Source of the DNA: Felis catus
Taxonomy: Eukaryota
DNA length: 64,000 nucleotides
Direction of reading: 5' to 3'
Assembly: GCF_018350175.1 (NCBI RefSeq)
Contig: NC_058368.1
Coordinates: 192,636,001-192,700,000 of the forward strand
Shown: positions 58,001 to 64,000 of the stretch, one piece after another
Position numbering within the stretch: position 1 is the stretch's first letter
How the letters are laid out: each line of letters begins with the position of its first letter
The notes under the pieces: generated by a model
Told to the model about the DNA's origin: nothing
The model's database searches: none
Seen by the model: only the letters and a program-made list of their open reading frames with translations
Made by a program: the position numbers and the translations under genes

Positions 58001-58541
58001 ACACAGCTCCTGAGTGGTGGAACTGGGATTTGAACCCACACTTTTCTGACGCCACAGCTTGAGCTCCTGACCACTGGTCTCTACGGCCAACTCCAGCAGT
58101 GGTGGATACAGAGAAAGCACACTTGAGAGGGGTGGCCACGACCCACTAAGGCTAACTGGGAATCTGCGAGGCCACGGGCCATCCCCAAAGCACAGCATCC
58201 CTCCAGGCCTGTGTGTCCCACTTACCCTGGCTTCTCTTCCCCCCTGCTGGTTTGCTGGACACCTCACTGGGAGACACCACCTTTACTGGAAGCAAGACCT
58301 GTCTTATTCCAACACTGTCATCCTAAGAAGGGGACGATGTTAAGGTAAATGGCAGTCAGAGCTTAGCAGCCTAAGGAGACACCCCACCTCCACTATACAC
58401 ATGCAAGAAGGAGTGGCCCATGGCCTCTGACTTGTCACCTGAGGAGCAGGGGCTGCTGAACCCTGAGCATCCAGAGTCTTTCCAGGCTCAGAAAGCCAAG
58501 GGGGTGTGGCAAAGAAGGGGGCTTCCGAAGAGCCGGCTCAC

Positions 58542-58659
58542 CTTGAATGAGATTTCATACTGCTCCCCTCCCCAGATCTCCAGGCCTGGGTCGTACCCAC
58601 CCAACTCCCAGAACCATTTCCGATCCACAGCGAACAGTCCACCGGCCATCACGGGAGAC
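58542..58659 (-). CDS. GALNT10: GALNT10 internal coding exon (human exon 7); Gal/GalNAc-T motif of the catalytic domain
   Basis: Acceptor ttccctgacag|G, donor AAG|GTGAGC. 118 nt. One nt then [39 protein letters not shown]. Upstream exons lie outside the window. Confidence 0.97.
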
Positions 58660-60374
58660 CTGTCAGGGAAGAAGAGTGTGGTGTGAGGACAAAACGTCCC
58701 GGCGGCAGGCTCCAAGTGCAAGCTGACACTGCTATTCCCCTGGGGAAGGTACTGCACACTGCCCCAAGGGCACAGCCTATGTGTCTAGCAGGGAACCCAA
58801 CGCCCCTCCAAGGGAGGGCCCAGGCTGTCTTCTTTCTCGGCCATGACTTCCCTTCTTAAATACTGCATTTTAACCAAACGGACCCAGAGCTCCTTTCCAC
58901 GGTCACTTGTGAGAGGAAATCACAGTAACGTGCGCCTTGCAGCGGCATGGTCTATGCCTCTCCAGTGCTCCCACGGGTTAATGGTCTGAATCGGGTCCCT
59001 CTGGGCCTGTCTGCGCAGTAGAATCTCTTAGATGACAAAACACGCAGCTGTCTGGGCCCTACCCCAGACCTAGGAAGCTATCCCTGGGCAGTGGAGTCTA
59101 GGAATGCGTGTTTTCAAACAGCCTCCTTGGATGAGTCGCCCTCAGGCTGCCCAGCACTGGACAGGAGTTCTGCTGAGAGTTTGCAGAGGAAGACACAGCT
59201 TCTGCTCTTTCAGGTAAACTGGGCTAAGACGAACTCTGCACATTCACTGTCTCATTACCCACTGAGCGCCAGCTGAGCCGTAGATGCTGGAAGAATGTGC
59301 AGGTAAATCAGAGCTGGCCTGGGACTTTGGGGGATGCTAGTGTGGCCGGGAAGCTGCCTCTCAGGACAGAAGGACCCAGAAGATGGGTGGGAGGTACCAA
59401 GGGCCTCTGGGAGGTGCAGACGGCACTAAAGGAACATGGAAAGAGCGAGTGTCTGCCACCAGGTTTTGGGAGTGAAGAGAGAGGCTGGGGCAAGAGTCAG
59501 GGAGGGGTGCTCAGGGTGGTGGCATTTGAGGTGGGTTTTGTTTGGACAAGTGGGCAATGAGGGGAGAGGAAGGTACCCTGGAGGGGAAAACCACAGGAGC
59601 AAGGGCACAGAGATGATAAACGGGGCAGTGCCACAGGTAACAAGTCAGCACGGCATCATGCCAGGCCAAGGGCAGGGGTGGCATGCTGCAGCCTGCCTGG
59701 GTCCCCCTGGTGCCTCACACGGGGCTGGCACCTGAGGGGCCGCTGGTACTTGCTAAGTGACAATCTTGCAGAGTGACCGTGTCCTTGTCCGGCTCCACTG
59801 GAAGACTGCAGACCCTCAAACCAAGGAACATTCCAGCAGCGAACTCCACGCCACCTCCTGGCCTTGGGAACTGCAGGTTCATGGGAATTGGGCTGATTTA
59901 AGAAGAACTTAGCCGACCCACATGCCTCCCACGCTTCATGTAGCAGATGAGCCTTGACAGCATGGCAGGGACTCCTTTAAAAGAAGATCCCCTTGAATAT
60001 TCACTGAGGGCTTGAATGTGGCAGGTGGTTGACTGAACTGATGATTTAATAAAATGACTGCTCCTTGAATTGACCTCCTGAGGTGGGCCTCATCCTTATT
60101 ATCCCATTGACACGTGTAGAAACCGGAGCACAGACCGGGAGGTAACTTGCTTCAGGCTTCACAGCTACTAAGCAGGATTCGAATCTCTAATCTATGCCAG
60201 AGCTCACACCCTCAGGGCCACAAAACTCTGTCTCCTATCAGGGAGGAGCCATGGAGAGGCAGGTGATGAGTGAAAAGGACAGGGGAACAGGGATGGGGAA
60301 ACTGTCATTCCACTCTCCTTTACCTTTGGTGGGATGTGAGATGAAGTGTTTAACCACTGAACCCCGTATCGCCC

Positions 60375-60799
60375 GCTGCAGCGACCACGGGCCACATGCG
60401 GCTACTGAATACTCGGAATGGGACTACTCTGAATTGAGTTGTGCCGGAAGTGTAAGGTACACACTGATTTCCAACACTTACTGTGAAAAAAATAATAGGT
60501 CTCATTAACCATTTCAGGGATGCCTGGCTGGCTCAGTTGTGGGGCCTGCGGCTCTTGGTCTCGGGGTTGAGAGTTTGAGCCCCACGCTGGGTGTAGAGAT
60601 TACGTACACATAAAATCTCAAAAAAATAATTTCCAAGTGTTGGTTACATATTAAAGTGAGACTATTTCAGATATACTGGGTTAAACAGAGTATATTGCAA
60701 AAATGAATCTTACCTGCTTCTCTTACCTTTTTTTATGTGGCCACCAGGAAATTTAAAAGTATTTTTGTGGCTCCCCTGATTTTCTACTGGATGGTGCTC
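60375..60799 (+). mobile_element. MER33-like (hAT-Charlie), interrupted by a short Can-SINE
   Basis: gccacatgcggctactgaatact...aagtgtaaggtacacactgatttcc...gatatactgggttaaac...atgtggccaccaggaaatttaaaa...ttctactggatggtgct. Confidence 0.75.
60517..60628 (+). mobile_element. Short/old-type Can-SINE
   Basis: gggatgcctggctggctcagttgt...gagtttgagccccacgctgggtgtagagattac, then A-rich tail. Confidence 0.88.
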
Positions 60800-61601
60800 A
60801 TTTAACATCTCAAAGCCTGTCCCCACATCTACACAATGAACATGTAGCTACATTTCCTAGCTCACATTGCTGTTATAGTTCTGAAAGTACCCAGTACTAT
60901 GAAACATACGGTGTCTAGTATCAACTTTCCTTTGTCTTCTGAAGATGGTGGGATTTGGGTTTTTTGGCTGGAGCCATACACTGCCTGGAGAGGCAGGGAG
61001 CATTTCTGAGCCAGGGCTTCGTGGGAAATCAAACCCAAGACTCTGCATGCGGAAACCAGCCTGGGCGGGAGCCCGGGGCAAGGACCTAGGAGCCAAGGTG
61101 GAGCAGGGAGAAGATCAGCCTTAAGGCATTTTGGAAGCTGGATGCTGGCCTCCAGAGGGAGGCCTCTCCTCCAGCCCCATCTATTTCCTGCCCATGTTCA
61201 GCAAGAACAACAACAACGGTTCTGAGGTCTAGTGTCTACCACTCACTTTACCGACATCATCTCCAGCTCTCACAAAGCTCTATTAGGCCCCTTTTCAGAC
61301 GGAGAACTCTGGAATTCAGAAGAGCGACATACTCTGCTCAAGAGCATGCGGTTACTAAGCGGATGAGCTGTGGTTCCAACCGGGGTTGGCCCCCCAAGCC
61401 CATGTCCTTCAAACATCATTCTGTTGCCCTGGGCCTGCGGATTGTTCACTTGCGGGCACCGTGGAGCGGTGTGCAGGAAATGACCAGGATTTTTCTAGTG
61501 GCCTCTCTCCTAGGTTTTGTCCAAGTACAATACAGAAAAGATACTTTTGGAAAGAATCGGAAGATACAAAGGATGGAGGGTCCCTCGGGAAGCATCTAGA
61601 C

Positions 61602-61785
61602 CAGTGGGTCTCAACTGTGACCACACAGTTCGCGTCGCCTGGGAGCTTTAAAGACTATTGATGCCTTGATCCCATCCCAGACTCTGGTGTGACTGGTCTT
61701 GGGTGGCAGGTGGCCTGGTGGGTTTTGTTTGTTTTTACAAGCTCCCCAGGTAATGCCAATGTGCAGCCAGGGTTGACAGCCACTG
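61602..61785 (+). mobile_element. MER5-family (hAT-Charlie) element
   Basis: Ends cagtgggtctcaac / gttgacagccactg; internal aagctccccaggtaatgccaatgtgcagccagggttga. Confidence 0.72.
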
Positions 61786-62642
61786 CTGCAGGGCAGGCCC
61801 AACCCCTTCAATATCCAGGTGAGACGACTGCGGCCCTGGAGGGACGGGGTGGGGGGTGGGGGGGAACTACTGGGGCCTCTGCTAATAAGCAGCCACATGA
61901 CCTGGTCTTACCCTCTCCTCATCCTGCAATGAGGAAGATGAACGTGCCGAGACCCATCCACATAGGGCCCACGACTAAGCTTATGGTACTGGTTCAAACC
62001 ACAGGGGGTTCTGGTTACCCTGAAAATTCTGTTCTCTGGAGTACCCCATTCCGACCTCAGCCTCTGCTGTGTGTCACCTCGGGCAAGTCTCATGTCCTCC
62101 CTGAGCCACAGGGTCTGTGCCAGTCAAGGGTGGAGGATTCCAATTACACCCTGGGGCTCTGTTGTGAGGGTTGTGCGCGGTCATGTCGGCTGGGACTGCT
62201 CTGCCGGCTCAGCTCAGATGTTGGCTACTCCTTTTGTTGGTATTACTCTCCAAGAACTCGGGGCAACTGGGGCCTCGGGCGTGCGGAGGGTGCTAACTGC
62301 ATGATGTCGTCTTGGGTTCTGACAGTAGTGGTTGGCCACGTTCAGGAGACCAGAGGTCAGGGGAAGAACACGGACGTCTGACCTGCTCAAGCGGCACGGG
62401 GCTCCACCCATGCCCTCTGCCCTCAGCTCACGCGACTCCCTTTGCCCAGCCACCTTTTATTTCCCTGAACAAGCGGGGCCTCTTCGCCCCTCTGAGCCCT
62501 CCCTTGGGCCCACAGCATCAGAGGCTCTCCTCAGGAACCGCGGTGTGCCCTGTGCCCATGACGATGGCCGAGCTGCCAAAAGACCCCTTTCTCAGGTGGG
62601 GAGTGTGAGGCGCAGGGAAGCTGGAGTTCACTGAGGCTAAAC

Positions 62643-63156
62643 TGTGGTTAGGCAGGTGTGGATAATGGCCTCCCAAAGAAGCCAATGCCTAATTCCTGGA
62701 ACCTGGGGATATGTCACCTTACACAGCAAAGGGACGTTGCAAATAGAATTTAAGTGAAGGATCTGAGATGGGGAGATTGTCCTGGCGGGCCCAATGTAAT
62801 CACAGGGGTCCTCATATGTGAAAGAAGGAGGCAGGAGGGTCAGAGTTAGAGAAGGAGATGTGATGATGAAAGCAGGTGCTGCAGAGAGATAGTTGGGGGA
62901 GGGGGAGTGGGAGAAGGAGGGGGAGTGATGGCGGAAGGAAGGAGGGGGAGACTTGGATATGTTAGGTTACTGGCTTTGGAGACAGAGAAGGTGGGACACC
63001 TGGGTGTCTCAGTGGGTTTAACGTCCCACTTTGGCTCAGGTCATGATCTTGCGGTTCCTAAGTTTGAGCCCTGTGTCGGGTTCTGTGCTGACAGCTCAGA
63101 GCCTGGAGCCTGCTTTGGATTCTGTGTCTGCCTCTCTCTGCCCCTCTCCTGCTCAG

Positions 63157-63192
<36 letters not shown>

Positions 63193-63435
63193 AAAACAAT
63201 CATTAAAAATATTTTTTTGAAGATGGAGAAAGGAGCTACGAGCCAAAGAATGTGGGCAGCCTCTAGAAGCTGGAAAGGGCAAGCAAACCGACTCTTCCCT
63301 AGAACCTGCCTACACCATGCATTTAGCTCAGTTAGACTCCTTTTCACACTTCTGATCTCCAGAACTTTAAGAGAATAAATCTGTGTTGTCTTAATAAGCC
63401 AGTAAATTTTGGGTAATTCATAATTGGGAAACTAG
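62643..63435 (+). mobile_element. MLT1D-like MaLR solo LTR, interrupted by a Can-SINE
   Basis: ataatggcctcccaaaga...gggcccaatgtaatcacagggg...gcagcctctagaagctggaaagggcaag...ctccagaactttaagagaataaatctgtgttgt. Confidence 0.82.
62993..63210 (+). mobile_element. Can-SINE (SINEC_Fc-like)
   Basis: ggctcaggtcatgatcttgcggttc...tgctgacagctcagagcctggagcctgctttggattctgtgtct, then (CT)n and A tail. Confidence 0.93.
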
Positions 63436-63739
63436 ACTTTGGCTTTGTACCCAAAGGTCTTTCCACATCTCTAGGAAGGGAGCCAGGGGCTCTAATTCTG
63501 GCCTGGCACTGACTCACTGTATAAGTGAGGCCCCCCTTGTCCTGGAGCCGCAGTCTCCCCATTTGCAAGGAACTGGAGTCCATTACCTGTAGGTCCCCCC
63601 AGGTTTCACATTCTAGGATGTTACAGGTCCACTCCACACATTGACCCCTAAACTTCTACCGTGGGACAAGCTGCTATTTCCTAACACTTCCAAGAGGGCC
63701 TAGCTGAATGATGGGACAGCTGTCTCCAGGGGCAGACAG

Positions 63740-63950
63740 ACCTGCAGGTGCACCCAGCCTTTACTGCTTCATAGCTGTGAGACCTGGAAAAGGTGCTTAA
63801 CCTCCTGGAGCCTTGGTGTCCTCACTTGGAAAATATGGATAATAATTTTTACTACATATGGTTGTTGGGGATTAAAAAGGATCAGCATGTGATATGCTCA
63901 GCACTGTGCCTGGCATTTAGAAAGTGTTCAGCAAGGGGTGGTGGTGGTGA
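63740..63950 (+). mobile_element. MIR SINE
   Basis: agctgtgagacctggaaaaggtgcttaacctc...gttgttgggattaaa...cactgtgcctggcatttagaaagtgttca. Confidence 0.7.
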
Positions 63951-64000
63951 TGCTGGTTCTTGCTGACCACGGGGTGCTAGGCTTGAGGGAGAGAGCAACT

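Noticed and set aside
61689..62381. 230-aa ORF on the plus strand (also 33582-34205, 47735-48283, 55354-55896)
   Set aside because: Several start at non-ATG codons, they often overlap MER/MIR/L1 remnants, and none has a recognisable domain or exon-like splice context.
58660..64000. Searched for the preceding GALNT10 exon (human exon 6) and an intronic miRNA hairpin
   Set aside because: No matching coding sequence or convincing hairpin seen; the upstream exon most likely lies beyond the window.

Overview
Mammalian (carnivore) genomic DNA; the SINE sequences suggest Feliformia/Felidae. It holds two protein-coding genes, both on the minus strand. SAP30L is complete: 4 coding exons, join(complement(13838..14035,8962..9084,6616..6714,4706..4834)), 549 nt = 182 aa + stop, with a CpG-island promoter at ~13.6-15.1 kb. 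GALNT10 is present as its last six coding exons (human numbering 7-12: 58542..58659, 43560..43667, 39133..39354, 35216..35332, 31929..32078, 31242..31400) plus a ~3.9 kb 3' UTR. All splice sites read are GT-AG. Also present: a decayed RPS15A retrocopy inside an old L1, three carnivore-type L1 3' ends (one twin-primed), about a dozen Can-SINEs, MER DNA transposons, MaLR/ERVL LTRs and MIR/L2 remnants. I found no evidence of a new gene system, and most ORF-track entries are spurious. The best leads are regulatory or structural: a reconstituted 5' splice site at the start of SAP30L exon 2, inverted SINEs flanking SAP30L exons 2-3, a Pumilio element overlapping a poly(A) hexamer, two divergent CTCF consensus sites, tandem poly(A) sites with miRNA seeds in GALNT10, and several nested insertions. 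Repeat subfamily names, human comparisons and exon numbering come from recall, not from a database search.
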